Of a DNA stretch of 64,000 nucleotides, positions 1 through 12,811 are shown in pieces. Source of the stretch: Pseudogymnoascus verrucosus (taxonomy: Eukaryota). The notes below the pieces were generated by a model. The model saw nothing but the letters and a program-made list of their open reading frames with translations, had not been told where the DNA came from and made no database searches. Numbering within the stretch: the stretch's first letter is position 1; the number at the start of each line of letters is the position of its first letter. The stretch is from the NCBI GenBank assembly GCA_001662655.1, contig KV460236.1; one strand, written 5' to 3'. The position numbers and the translations under genes were made by a program.

Positions 1-750
1 TTAATCTTCAACCTCACCAGCAAAAAGTAAATCCTCCCGACAATCACATCCTTAAGATGGTACTTGCTCTTACTATACTCGAACTCGATGTGCAGGCAAT
101 CCTCGATGCCGACATCCATCTTGATGCTGCTCTGCGTCTCCGGGGGGACTTTGTAGGAGTACACCCAGATGTCCTTTTCGCGGATGACGTCGGCCATGCG
201 GCGGGAGACGGTGACGCGCACGAAGTAGCGGAGCTTGACGTTGATGCCGTTGTAGGACTCGTATTGCTTCTCGACGTTCTTGAAGTTGAAGGGGAAGGTT
301 TGGGGGTGTTGCAGGTCGCCGGGGGCGGCGAGCTCTTGGCCAAGGGAGAGGAATTCGTAGTGGTTGCCGCGGTCGAAGAACATCTCTACGGGGGGCGGTT
401 AGTTATGTTGCTCAATCCATTCATCACTCCTTGAACACCGGCAGGTTCTAGGAGCGCAACTTCCGCGTGTTCCGCACATCGCAGAGCACCGATATCCATC
501 CAACTGAACGAGAGAAAGAAAGCAAGAACCTACCAATCGTCCCTATAAACTGGACCTTAATCCCCGTATGCTCCAACCTCTTCCCATCCTTCGGCCTCAC
601 CGTGACCGCGCCCCTCACACTCTCCTCATCCTTATACAGTGGCGCCTTCTCTCTCCGATTCTTATCAAGCTTCACATCCACCATCTGCCGATCACTCGTG
701 TCCTCGAGCACGACGTCGATATCGACAGGCGTGCTGAAGAAGTACGCCAT
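1..750 (-). CDS. VPS26: Retromer subunit Vps26, 5' part; continues beyond the left edge
   Basis: ATG at 750 ([17 protein letters not shown]...[15 protein letters not shown]). Intron 533-386 (GTAGGT..CTAAC..TAG). Exon 2 reads [15 protein letters not shown]...[42 protein letters not shown], which are characteristic Vps26 motifs. Confidence 0.95.
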
Positions 751-1661
751 TACGGCGGGTTTGGTGTAGAGTAAGCTCACTGTGAGATTGTTTGCGCGGC
801 CGAGACGGTGGGAGCAGAGAGCACTGATCGATTTACTGCCGATTGGGGAAGTGGCATGGATAGACGGTGGTTGCGACGCGGAGGTTGGCGGTGGTGGATT
901 GGAAGGGACCGTATTCGCGGCCTGGCGACGTCAAGCTTGGGGTCCCGCTAGCGTCAACCGACAAGGCTGCGGTCTTGGCGCTGATGGCGGGAGCGACAGG
1001 CACGAGAATTGCTTCGCGGGCTGGAGAGGAATAATCACGTTACTATGTGCAATTAAAAGGGATATTTATATTTATCAATCTTTTTCTTCTCAAAATCAAA
1101 TTGTGCTACTCAATTGACAAAACGAAATACATAATTGTTTGTAATGTTGCCCAATTGTATGGCGACGATTGTGATAAGGCAGCCGTTTGGCGTTGAACAT
1201 CTAAAAGACAAATAAGTTATATATAGATTCTAGCATCCATAAACAAAATTTATTCCCCTCTTTCTTCCAAGCTCACTACCGTATAGCAGCACAAATAAAT
1301 GCCGTGACTCCCAAAACTCGCTGACATAAGACCAAAATTCTCACCTCGTACCGCCCTTTACTATACACACGACGTCATCCCCACACCCCGCAATCGCCCC
1401 AAACTACCACCACCACCCTCCAACGATGTAATGAGTAATCCAACCCCAGCGCTGACAACTAAATAAACTCCAATATAACCCCATCCACCTGCATCAACCC
1501 CTCCCTCCTCCTCGTATACAGCCAGCGCCAGCCCAATTATACCAATATATAAACCACCAAACCACCCTCCGATTCTCACAATGCCACAACCCCCCCAACC
1601 ACAACAATCCCACCCCATCATCCCCAACCCCCTCTCCCACCACCACACCCCCGGCTCCAAA

Positions 1662-2592
1662 ATGGCACGCGAAGAAGACATTAAAACCTACGGCTTCGCC
1701 GCCCTCCCCCGCTCCACCGCCGCCCTGCTTGCCAGCCGCGTGGACCCCAAGCAGCCCACCGAGTTGGGGGTTGATGATATCCCGCTCCCCGATTCTCCGC
1801 TGGCTGGGAAGGTGGTGGAGTATGCGAGGAGGGAGTTGCCGGTGGAGACTTTTAATCATAGTATGAGGGTGTTTTATTACGGTATATCCCCATTTCCCCC
1901 CCTTCGCCTGTCCACTTCGCCAAAACCGGGACTGATATAAGAATGTAGGAATCGCAATAGCTCGCTTCTCCTTCCCCGAACTCCTAACCCCCAGCTGGAT
2001 CACGACCTATCTCCTCACCTCCCTCCTCCACGATATCGGTACCACACCAAAAAACATCACATCCACGCTCCTTAGCTTCGAGTTCCACGGCGGACTGCTG
2101 GTGTTGGATTTACTCAAAAAGGAAGGGGCGCCAACGGCGCAGGCGGAGAGCGTGGCGGAGGCGGTGATACGGCATCAGGATTTGGGGGAGACGGGGTTTG
2201 TGACTAGTATTACTGCTGTGATTTTGTTGGCTACGATTTTCGGTTCGTCTTATTCCCTTCCATATACCCCATCTTGTGGTTTTAAGTGTTGTTGGTGTTC
2301 CCGCAAGACGAGTGGGGTTGCGGTTGCGGGTGGTGGGGTTCACGAGAGGTGGTGGAGAGAGCACAAGCTAACAACACCCACAGACAACGTAGGCAAGAAC
2401 GCGGAACTCGTACACCCACAGACAATAGTGAATATCACGAATGCGTACCCCCGCATGAAGTGGTCGCAGTGTTTCGCGCATACGATTGGGCAGGAGATGG
2501 AGCTCAAGCCGTGGGCGCATACGAGTCATTTGGGGGAGAAGGAGTTTAAGGAGGGGGTGTTGGGGAATACGTTGATGGAGCCTTTTGAGTAG
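1662..2592 (+). CDS. Cyanamide hydratase / urea hydro-lyase family HD-domain protein (Ddi2/3-like)
   Basis: Three exons, introns 1882-1948 and 2243-2383. Motifs ETFNHSMRVFYYG, LLHDIGTT..N..ST.LSFEFHGG, AESVAEAVIRHQD and E.ELKPWAHT match the fungal cyanamide hydratase family. Confidence 0.9.
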
Positions 2593-2914
2593 GCGATTAG
2601 GGAGAAAGATGGTGGGAAGGGAGGAAGAGTGTGTTGGCGATTTCTTGTACACCATGTCTCAGGAGGAGAGGGGGTTGTGCGAAACGGAGGTTGGGGGGTA
2701 TAGTTAATAAGGTAATACAAAGTCACAAGTCTTGCGAAACGGAGCAGCTTTGTTGAAGTATATATTAATCCCAATTATCAAAATTCTACGACAACTGGTC
2801 ATTATCCAAACAGCCATCCATAAAAAATAACCCCCTCAACACCTGCGCCTTTCCAACACACGAAAGTCCCACACAAGTATACCTATATCTCTAACATCCG
2901 TAACAGGATATTTT

Positions 2915-4552
2915 CTAGATCCCATTATTCGCGCACGTGAACACGCCACCAACAGCATTCGCCGCATAACTATCCATGATACTCTGCACCGACACATACG
3001 TCCCAACAGTGAGGAAAAAGAACCCCACACCGATGATGAAGATATTCAGCGCAAGCACCGAGTACCCATACACGCTCTGCTCATGCAGCCACCTGACGCC
3101 TCCATCAACGCGACGCATACGGATATATGCCACGCCCCAGAAGATGAATCCGAAGAAGGAGTCAAAGAGCGAGGACATCAGGGAGAGCAGGTCAGAGAAG
3201 AACGGGATGACCTCCGCGATGATGAAAGCCCCTAGCCACGTCAGGGCGAGGATACCAGCCCAAGCGGACCATCCAACGACGGTATGCGAGGACTTATGGA
3301 TGGTGCCCTCGAAGATGCGGAAGAAGATGAAACGGGCGGAGACGGTGGCGTAGAGGACGCCGAGGAAGATGAGAGTGGGGATCATGAAGGAGAAGGACAC
3401 CTTCTTGTAGATCTCGTTTCCGAGGGAGCCGAAGGCGGGGGCGGTCATGTACTGGTTCCCGGTGTAGACGTAGATGACAGCGCCGACGATGGAGAAGACG
3501 ATGACCTCGGCGATGGTGACGGCCCAGAGGGCTTTGGGGAAGTCCTTGGGCTCGCGCATTTCGGCGATGAAGCTGGGGAGGGTGATTTGTCCGATGAAGG
3601 TGTAGGAGATGTTGAGGAAGGCGGACATGGCGGCTACGAAGGACGTGCCGGGGAGGGGGAAGGCGGTGTAGATTGGTGCGCCGAGTTCCTCGGTGAAGCC
3701 GAGGGGTTTGTCTTCGAGGCCGGAGAAGATGGTGGCTAGGAGGACGGAGACGAAAGTGAAGAAGGCGGTGGCGCAGGCGATTTTGGAGAGCGCGTCGAAG
3801 GTGCGGGGGAGAGAACAGAACCAGCAGATGATGGTGGAGATCACCGCGAAGACGACGGTGCATTGGCTGTGGTGCGTCATGGTGTTGAGGTACTTGGCGG
3901 TCACCAGGACGTGGAGGCCCTGGATGAAGGTGTTGTTAAGGATGAACATGACGGCCGTGGCATACCAGACCCAGGTTTTACCCCAGAACAGCATTTGCCC
4001 GATGTCACATACGTCCCTGACCTCGGGGTGACGGAGACAGAACTCCCAGAGCACGAGGGACGTGTAGAGCACGACGGCTGCCACGACGACGGTCAGGATC
4101 AGTCCGGGGACCAGTCCGAGGATGGAGTAGGACCAGGGAAATGACATGATGGCCAGGCAGATGTATTCTGAGAAGAGGAGGAAGGCAGTCTAGGTGAGAA
4201 GGTTAATATCTGAGCCCCCCTAAAAACACGCAGCGCGCGATTGAACGCTTACCTTTTGCCAGCTGCAAGTACGATACTGCAGCGCATTCCCCGACTCCAA
4301 CTCAAGCTGCTTCTCCAGCACATCCTGTCCATTGACCGAGTCCGAGTCCGAGAAGTCGGCGCCCCTCAGATGGGGGAGGACTGGCGCAATTCTAGCACCG
4401 ACTTTGAGGCCGCCCTTTCGGGTCCTGTTGCCCTCATCGGTGATGAGGATGCCGCCTTCGATACGCTTCTCCTGGGCCATCGGGGCGGTTGGGGAAAACG
4501 TGTAGTTTGGTAGAGAGGATTCGGAATCATCGTGGTTCGGATTCAGCGCCAT
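2915..4552 (-). CDS. Aa_trans family (Mtr-like) neutral amino-acid permease
   Basis: ATG at 4552, intron 4252-4190. Reads YRTCSWQK|TAFLLFSEYICLAIMSFPWS..., followed by many hydrophobic segments and SYTFIGQITLPSFIAEMREPKDFPKAL. Confidence 0.9.
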
Positions 4553-6941
4553 TTTCGACTGGGCCAATGCACGATTGGCTCGAAGTGGGCTTGGGGGTCA
4601 GATAGGACGACGGAAACGTTCTGCATTTACCGCCGTAAGGATACTGCGATTGGGGCGCGAGCCTTTTCCTGTTTGTTTTTCAAGAAAGGTTATTCTTCTT
4701 GAGTTCTGGAGAGTATGGGGCGGACAGCAACAACTGATGATCGGCGAAAGATTTGCCTGGACCCTTATGAAACTTGATTGACGTTGAGTTAAGAAACCCG
4801 GGAAGCTAGAAAAGTAAATTTCCAGAAAAACTGTCGAAAGGGATAGATAGAGAAGAAGAGGAGAGAATCGGCGGCGAGCTAAGCAGGTTTAATAAGTAAA
4901 GAAAGTAGAGTAGAGTATTAAAGTAATCCCAGAGGGCAAGGGTAGTGGGAGGTACATTTGGCTCGCAGGATTCCTAAAGCGGTACCAAGAAGTGTCCAGG
5001 GAAGGTAGGTCGATCCAATGCACGCCACGCCGCCTTTCATCATGCCTAAGCCATTGGCCGACACGGTGTCCCCGACTATGGAATTAGGGAGTCTCTACTG
5101 TCAGGACTAAGGGAAAGTTGAGTTAGTAAGGGTACATAGTTTCTGTAAGAGTAGTAGTTGGGGGATGTCTGAGTATGTCTGAGAATGTCTGAGGATACCT
5201 CATATCTCGCCGACAAGACGAGCCTGTCGCGTGGGGTTTACGTAGACCATGTAGCTATGGGGCATGGCCAGTGGGTGCACCCTTGGAAACGCCACAGGCC
5301 AGAATGAGACAGTATGGACAGGATAGTAAAGTTAGTAAAGTTAGATCCAGATAGCTCAGTCCAGAGTCCCATCACAAACCCACCGTAGTCCTCCAACAGC
5401 CAGTCAACATCACCACAAACACCACAAACACCACAAACAACCATACTATACTCTCTCTGCAAAAACCCTTTAAAAGAAACCGGGAAACAATCTCTCCATA
5501 CAACGTATACTCCCCTACTCTCTCCAGAAACACACACACCCTTTCCCCCCCACCCTTCCCACCTCGCTGCCCCCACACACCCACTCCCACTACGTCAGTT
5601 ACGGATCCCCCAACACCTCCAACAGTCCCTCCCCCCAACCATGTGTCGCCAAGCCCGCCCCATCTCCAGTCCGCCCCATCATAGCGGCTGTCAAAGTGGA
5701 ACACTGCTGCTCCACAAGGCGAGGACCGGAAGTGGTTGTTGTGGCGGGCGGGCAGGCAGCGTAAGCAAGCACGCAAAGCCCGCCGTCGTCGCCGTCTATG
5801 GGAGAGGGAGAGCCGCGGCAAACCAAAACTTTACTTGCCGGGACTGTTGCGCAATTGGGAACGGGATGATATGGGAGGCGGATACTGACGTGCCTCCCAA
5901 GCCGGCTGCCCTGCCACGGAAACGCCGTCACCACTCGGATGGCGCACCCTCAGCCCGTTTTTTTGCTTGTCTTGCCCTGCGGCGTATGCTTAGCGAGTGC
6001 GAAGGCGAGAGGCCAAGGTTGTTTGTTTTGCCCAGAGTGTCGGGATGACGATTTAGCGCGGTGCATGACTGGTTGGATATGGGTGAGATGGTGAATCAGA
6101 AAATCCCCCATTCCCATCCCGGTCTCAGTCTCACAGTGCCAACCTGTGTGTGAGTGGCTGGCATTGCGATCCTACGGCGTGTTAACGGGATTACTCTGTT
6201 TTCTGCACGAGTACGTATCTTACTTCCACCAACAGCAACTACAGGATTAAAGATGCTCTCAACACGGCACGGTACTGTACCCAATATCACCAGGCGGTAC
6301 GGTACTCGGACCCGCGCGCGCACACATGGGCGCCCTGTCTGTCGCATTTCGCAAGGGCAGGGTAACTTACGCTGCAGTACCGGCGCTGGGAGTGGGAGAT
6401 GGGCGATGTTGCCATCCGCGTCATGTCGCCGAGCTCGCATTCCTTTTTCTGACGTGATTGCCGGGTTGGATGGTGAAAAACTTGGTCCATGCACCCCACA
6501 GTCCCACCACCCACACCACCCGCCCGAAGCCAGACAGTTCAGTGTTAGTGGTGGCCCTGTGCGTTTCACTCCGCGTGCAGGGGACGCCAAGGCTGGACTA
6601 TGCTCGGAGGGGAGGTGGGTGCTGGGAACGAAACCCTGATGTCTGGCTGGTGATGGGATGGTGATGGGATGAAATGTTGGGGGTTTGGAGGGGGATGGAC
6701 GAATTACATGGAACTTGTGGACGGATTATATGCAGTCACTCAGAAAGAAATGTGAGTTATATCTTCCTTGAGTCGATCATGGGATGGGCCACGACTCGCT
6801 GTTGACAACGTTACATGCATGCTATGTTTGAGACTGTGCTCGGTTTGGTATATTCTGCTGATATTTCAGAGACAAGAAGACATCTCGTGACCGCCGCCGC
6901 CCATGCGCCATTTTGGTATCTCAATAATATAGCTACACCTC

Positions 6942-9900
6942 CTAAGTAACCGTGTATCTCCCCCCAACAGGCGCCCTACTATCCACCTCCGCCGCCGCCA
7001 TCGTCCCCTCCTTCAACAACCGCATTAGCTCCCTCATAGCGTTCGTGACCACGAGCTCCGTATCCCCTTCAACCAGGATATACAATTTCGGGTCCCCACC
7101 CGCCTGCACCTCCTTGCCCGCCGGATAGAAGCTCCCCTTCGTGGTGATGCTAGTCCCTGTCGCCTCCAGGATCTTGGCCACATTAGTGCGATTCGTGACA
7201 GCCCAGCGCGCCTTCTGCGGGAAATCGTTGATCTCGAGCGTCGCGTGGAACGCGCCCGCGTCGGGGCCCTTGTTATCGATCGGCACCCCCGAGCGCAGCT
7301 GCCCGGTCTTGTTGAGGCGCGAGTTGATCGCGTCGATGGCAGATGCCACCTTGTCCAGGGGGTTCTTGGAGCCGGAGCCCGCGGCTGCGGTCTCGGTGCG
7401 GTGGACGGTAATCTTACCGTCCAGATCAATGCCCTTGGGTACCCCCACGAGCTGCGCTGGTGCTGCAGGTGCAGGGGTCGTTGCTGACTGGACAGTCGAG
7501 GCGGCCTTGAGGAGGATCTCGTCGTCGCCCTTCTCTTCTTTTTCTTCTTCGTCGTCGCCTTCGGTCTTGTGCGTCTTACGCTCGCGCATCCGTGCGGCTT
7601 CACGCTCCTGGTCGAGGCGCTCTAGACCCTTGCCGCCGAATCCTGAGCTGTCTTGCGACTTGCCCGTCTTAACCTTGGCTCTGAAGGCTTTCCTCATTTC
7701 ATTGAGGCGTTCTGGAACGGGCTGCCCGCTTTGTTCCAGGGCCTTCGATATGCCAACTGAGTATTGCTCTTGATCCCCTGTGATGAATGTAACTGCTGTG
7801 CCCGTATTACCCGCTCTACCAGTTCGGCCAGCTCTGTGAACATAATCCTCCAGATGGTTGGGCGCATCATAGTTGACAACGAGTTTCAGCTGCTTCACGT
7901 CCAATCCACGTGCAGCAACCGAGGTAGCAATCATAATTGGCGTTACACCAGCCTTGAAGTCGTCGATGGTGGAATCTCGGTCAATTTGATCTTTGCCACC
8001 GTGAATCGACATGCAGGGGTAGCCCTTTCGCATGAGATCCTTCAGTAAATCGTCGGCTTTCTCCTGTCGGTCGACAAACACGAGGGTGCGCGCATCTTCG
8101 TCCTTGTCGTAGAGTTCGCCCAATAGCTCCAGTAGGCGGATAAATTTGTCATCCTCCTCACGGACTTCTACTATCTGGGTGATTTCGGGTGCGACTACAC
8201 TCCTTCCACCGACAGTGATTTCCACGGGATCATTCAAGGTTTTCTTGGCGAGGGCATCCATAATCCTTGGCATGGTAGCGGAAAACATGATGGTCTGCCT
8301 ATTAGGGCGGATATTGGCGAAGATCTTCATGACTTGCGGCTCGAAGCCCATATCGAACATACGGTCGGCTTCGTCGAGGACAACGTATGTCACACGCCTC
8401 AGGTTAGTTACCCGGCCAGAGTTTGCAGCGAGGAGATCAATCATGCGGCCAGGAGTGCACACAATTATCTCGGCACCGCGCTTGAGCTCAGCAATTTGAT
8501 CTTTGATAGGGGCACCGCCATAGGCGCAAACAGCACGAAGATTCATAGATTTTAGAAATGGCTTGGCCTCCTTGTGAATCTGTGTTGCAAGTTCTCTTGT
8601 TGGTGTCATGATTAGACCGATAGGTCCGTCCGAGCCTTCAAGAGGCGGTTGATCACGTATGTGTCGGAACATAGGTAACATGAAGGCCATTGTCTTTCCT
8701 GATCCAGTCTTAGCCACACCGATCACATCCCGACCTGACATGATGGCTGGGAGAGCTTGCATCTGAATAGCAGTAGGGCGTTCGTAGCCAAGCCTCTTGA
8801 TAACATCCAGTGACTGAATATTGAGACCGCACTGTGACCATTTTTGCACGGGTATTGGTACGTTCTTTCCCGACACCTTAATACCATCGAGCTCGAGACG
8901 TAGATCTGCAAGTGCAGCTTCGGTCATCCCAGCAAGCTCAGCTGGCTCAGTGTAGAAGTTCTTCCGGAATGGCGCCAGGTCCAGCTTTGCGTAGTTGATC
9001 ACTGGCAAATCCTTCTTCTTTCGTACTTTGCTAGCCATAGCCAGAATATCTTCGGGCTCCGAATCCAATGTTCCAACCTGGTCCTCTTCGTCACCAAAGA
9101 TTGGTTCCGGTTCTTGTTGGCTCTTGCTCTTGTTCTTATTGAAATTGGTTGTAGTCTTTGGCGCCGCAAAGGGGTCTCCCATTTCCTCCATGAAAGCATC
9201 CAGAGGATCAACTTCATCCTCTTCTTCTTCTGGTGCAGGCTGCTCAGGTGCTGCTTCAGGGGCTTCAGCCATTGCGACATCGGCAGCTGCGCCTTCGGCC
9301 TGTTCAGCCTGTAAACGTTCTTCTCGTCGTTCAGCTGCAGCTCGGGCTGCTGCTGCGGCCTCTTCTTCAGTCCCAGCTTCCATGTCGACATCGTCGTCAT
9401 CATCGCTCTTCTCGTCACCGTTAGCCTGCGCAGTATCTTCGTCTTCATTGATTGCCACGGGAAGGGACGGTAGCTTTTCAAGTTTCTTCCTCATTCCTTC
9501 ATCATCCCCAAACACCAAACCCCTCTTTGCTGAAGGTTTCTCTTGGTCCTGGGCAGACTTGGCCCCGAGGCCAAATGCGCTCAGATTGCCACGAGCTTTG
9601 GGTAATGCGGAAGCTATTGGTTCAGTTAGAAACGTTGTCGATACAGTTATGGGCAGGTGCAGCTTACCTTTTGAAGAACTGGAAAAAGCTGGTAGGGATT
9701 TGTCAGCTAGAGCACCGTTCGTCGCAGGTAGTGAAGTAGCAGACGTTTGAGCAATATCAATGCCTGGGGTATTCTTGTTAAGAGCAGCAGCAGCATTTAG
9801 TTTTTCGGAGGCTCTTCTTGCAATTGCTTTGGGGTCAAACTTTCCAGCATATGGCGCAGGTGAGCCTGGAGATGCCGTGTCAGCCAACAGTGCTGGCGAC

Positions 9901-10670
9901 CCAGGGGTCGCACTCGGCGAGCCATTGGCCTTCACGTCAATTTGGTCCAGCAGTTTCCGCGTGCCACCTGCTTCAAGCTTCTCTTTCTGCTCCTTCTGCT
10001 CAGCAACCTTCTTTTTCCAGGCTTCTAACTTTGCCAGTCTCTCTGCCTTCTTTTGTTCGTCAGTTGGTCCGCTGGGCGCTGGAGGTTGTTCGGCCTGGAG
10101 AAGTTTGTTAGATTGGTTCTCAAATTGATAAAGGGCTGTGGAACATACAGCATTGCGCTTTCCGTCAGGCTCACGGTTTGTCCTACTATCACGACCATCA
10201 TCAGGTCTAGAACGTGAGTATGAGTTAGTTTGATCCTCGTGGCGTCTATTAAGCCTGTCACGGGAGTCATCTCGCCTGTCCCTGTAATCTCGATCACGGC
10301 TTCGGCGTCGCCTTCGGTCTGGAGAGCGTTCTCTGTCTAGGTGCCTCTCTCTAGAGGGTCTGCGGTCTCGAGACCTATCTCGTCGTCTATAGCCATCGTC
10401 TCTTCGACCTATTGAGCGATCTCGTTGGCGGGGTAAATCGCGTGAATCTCGGTGGCGTCGCTTGAAATTGTCGTTAGCAAAAGAACTCTTCTGATACTCA
10501 TGACGACTTCTTACATCGATGCTGCGAGAACGGCTCCTCCGACGTGGCGCCCCTCGTGGGTCATCCCGACGGTCTCTGTCGTGTCGAATGTCATCGTCTC
10601 TTCTGCTTCTTTTGGAAGAGTGGTGAGATCCTGTAGCCGATGGTGAGCGAGAATCCCTTCGACGCGCCAT
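6942..10670 (-). CDS. PRP5: Pre-mRNA-processing DEAD-box RNA helicase Prp5/DDX46
   Basis: RS/RD-rich N-terminus, DPLDAFM motif, [21 protein letters not shown] and HRAGRTGR motifs, C-terminal [13 protein letters not shown]-like domain. Likely ATG at 10670. Predicted introns 10514-10461, 10148-10095 and 9667-9614. Confidence 0.97.
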   Translation of the reverse strand: MARRRDSRSPSATGSHHSSKRSRRDDDIRHDRDRRDDPRGAPRRRSRSRSIDVRSRHEYQKSSFANDNFKRRHRDSRDLPRQRDRSIGRRDDGYRRRDRSRDRRPSRERHLDRERSPDRRRRRSRDRDYRDRRDDSRDRLNRRHEDQTNSYSRSRPDDGRDSRTNREPDGKRNAVCSTALYQFENQSNKLLQAEQPPAPSGPTDEQKKAERLAKLEAWKKKVAEQKEQKEKLEAGGTRKLLDQIDVKANGSPSATPGSPALLADTASPGSPAPYAGKFDPKAIARRASEKLNAAAALNKNTPGIDIAQTSATSLPATNGALADKSLPAFSSSSKGKLHLPITVSTTFLTEPIASALPKARGNLSAFGLGAKSAQDQEKPSAKRGLVFGDDEGMRKKLEKLPSLPVAINEDEDTAQANGDEKSDDDDDVDMEAGTEEEAAAAARAAAERREERLQAEQAEGAAADVAMAEAPEAAPEQPAPEEEEDEVDPLDAFMEEMGDPFAAPKTTTNFNKNKSKSQQEPEPIFGDEEDQVGTLDSEPEDILAMASKVRKKKDLPVINYAKLDLAPFRKNFYTEPAELAGMTEAALADLRLELDGIKVSGKNVPIPVQKWSQCGLNIQSLDVIKRLGYERPTAIQMQALPAIMSGRDVIGVAKTGSGKTMAFMLPMFRHIRDQPPLEGSDGPIGLIMTPTRELATQIHKEAKPFLKSMNLRAVCAYGGAPIKDQIAELKRGAEIIVCTPGRMIDLLAANSGRVTNLRRVTYVVLDEADRMFDMGFEPQVMKIFANIRPNRQTIMFSATMPRIMDALAKKTLNDPVEITVGGRSVVAPEITQIVEVREEDDKFIRLLELLGELYDKDEDARTLVFVDRQEKADDLLKDLMRKGYPCMSIHGGKDQIDRDSTIDDFKAGVTPIMIATSVAARGLDVKQLKLVVNYDAPNHLEDYVHRAGRTGRAGNTGTAVTFITGDQEQYSVGISKALEQSGQPVPERLNEMRKAFRAKVKTGKSQDSSGFGGKGLERLDQEREAARMRERKTHKTEGDDEEEKEEKGDDEILLKAASTVQSATTPAPAAPAQLVGVPKGIDLDGKITVHRTETAAAGSGSKNPLDKVASAIDAINSRLNKTGQLRSGVPIDNKGPDAGAFHATLEINDFPQKARWAVTNRTNVAKILEATGTSITTKGSFYPAGKEVQAGGDPKLYILVEGDTELVVTNAMRELMRLLKEGTMAAAEVDSRAPVGGRYTVT

Positions 10671-11093
10671 GGCTGCGCCGTTATGACTTAAGTGAGAAGT
10701 ACTCTGATAAGCTTCTCGCAATTCTCAACTATATTTCTACCGTCGTTCCGTGCGAGTGCCGTATAAATCAGACTGGTGACTGGGTTATAATTCCCAGGTT
10801 GAAGTATTGAGTGTCTGTCGCAACATGAACTTGAACTCACAAGGCAAATGCTTAAATTGCACTATTGGTTCACTTCGGTCGCCGTATGTCCCATTGGAGT
10901 AAAGGCCTAAAAGCTCCCAGGTCCACTTGAGCTCGCGTGATAGGGTACATCGTCGGCAGTACTCCAGCCTCCTCGTTGTTTCAGGGACAACTGAGACGTC
11001 CACGAAGTCCTTTCAGAGATCGAGACTTGGTCGTCGCCAATATACAGAATATATCTCCATTGAAGAACACAGAACTTGGATCGCAGCATTGTC

Positions 11094-12182
11094 ATGTTTT
11101 CCGCAATCGGCAGAGCAGCAATTGGGAGGATTGGGGGAGGTAGATCAACAGCACGCGTCCCGCAACAGATCCAGCGCGTCCAGATCACGCAGAGTGGAAA
11201 GAATGCGCTGCAATCAGAATTCCAAGGACGCGCTCTTGTCATTCTCTCCAGCAAGCGCCTTTACAGCGCTTCTACCACCAAGCCAGCCAAGCCAGCTTCA
11301 GATAAGCCAGCTAAGAAAGGCGCCTCTACCACTACCAAGAAGGCCGTGAAGAAACCGGCAGCAAAGAAGGCGAAGAAGGAGCTGACCGAGAAGCAGCAAG
11401 AGAAGAAGGAGGCGGATGCTGTTAGGGCGAAGGTACAGGCACAGAAGAAGAAGGAGAGGAAGGTCGTGGAGGATGGGAAAGCCAAAATTCGAGAGCTGAA
11501 GGCCAAGGTCTTGACTCCACCAAAGCAGCTCCCTGCTACTGCCTGGACAGTATTGAACTCAGAGTCCATCTCGCAGAACCCGGGGCTTCCACTGGCAGAG
11601 TTGGTCAAAGATGCGGCCGCCAGATACAAGACTCTAGATACATCTACACGAGAGGTGAGTCCATTCTGATACTGTTCCCAGTGGCACTACAAGGTCTATG
11701 CTGACATTCGTAGACCTATAACCAAAAGGCCAACGCAAATAAGGCCTCAAATGATGCAAGCTACGAAGCCTGGGTGGCATCTCTATCCCCTCAACAGATC
11801 TACGACTCAAACCATGCCCAGCAACGCTTAAAGCACCTTGGCCTGATAAGACCAGGAAAGCATCTGAAGATCGATGACCCCAGAATCCCCAAGAGACCTT
11901 TGCCCGCATACATACTTTTCGTCAAGGAGAGATACGCCAGCGGCGACTTCAAGGGAATCTCTCCAGTCGAGGCAGCGAAGGTTCTGGCCCAGGAGTTCAA
12001 GGCCCTATCAGAATCCGAGAAGAAGGTGCGTTTTGTATGAGCTAATCCACGAGAAGCCAAGAACTGACACTTCTACGCAGTTATATGAGGACCTCGCTGT
12101 GGCAGAGCGCGAAAGATATGCCAAGGAGATGACCAACACTTTCGGGACAACCAGGCCAGTCGCATCATCGGTCTCGTCGTAA
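11094..12182 (+). CDS. Two-HMG-box protein, probably mitochondrial DNA-packaging type (Abf2/TFAM-like)
   Basis: Arg-rich, acid-poor N-terminus resembling a mitochondrial presequence, Lys-rich linker, HMG boxes PPKQLPATAW... and DPRIPKRPLPAYILFVKER...LSESEKK|LYEDLA. Introns 11655-11713 and 12026-12080. Confidence 0.8.
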
Positions 12183-12811
12183 ATATGTGAATATTGTTGA
12201 AATTAGCTTTTGCGATGCGAGCCCTTCTCCTTTGGCCCTATGTCGATGTATGATTTTTAGCCCTTATGGTATACAATTCCGGAGCTGTCCGTGGCGGAAG
12301 CGGTTTGTACTGTAGATGAGAGACGCTTGCAATCTCACCAGGCGGGTTAGCTCTTTGCTGGGTTCTGACGATACGATTAGTGGTTGTGTACGATGCTGTT
12401 CTCCTTTCTTTATTTATGGGATGAGAGGGGAAGGGGGTGGGTGGAAGGCGCGGGGGCTTTCGTCTTTTATGGGAATAATTATATCAGAATCAAGAGCTTT
12501 ACATTGTTGACTTGAAGCTCTTGACCATGTGAGTAGCGTTTTCTGTCTAATGGCCGATCTCTTGGGCAACTATTCAGCCCGATGCCAGCGTGGTGCAATG
12601 TTCGTTGATATTAAAGGGCTTCGAGACTATTGAGCCATTACAGAGATCAGGATACGTGAGGGGGTATAGAGGACATGTATATGAATACAATTGCTAGTGT
12701 TGATAAACCAACTACTTAAAGTGCATTTACATTCAACAATAGACCACAAATATTTATGTCCAAACTTCGATTTCATTAGTACGATCTTTGTAGATACCAG
12801 CACCGCCATTC

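Noticed and set aside
1170..1440. GATAAG, TGACTC and TGAGTAA motifs upstream of cyanamide hydratase, and a possible nitrogen mini-cluster with the permease
   Set aside because: Single short matches are expected by chance, and the two genes are convergent with no shared promoter.
7034..10646. Long antisense and alternative-frame ORFs over PRP5 (likewise over the permease, NUP84 and bHLH genes)
   Set aside because: Shadow ORFs arising from GC-rich codon usage of the real genes.
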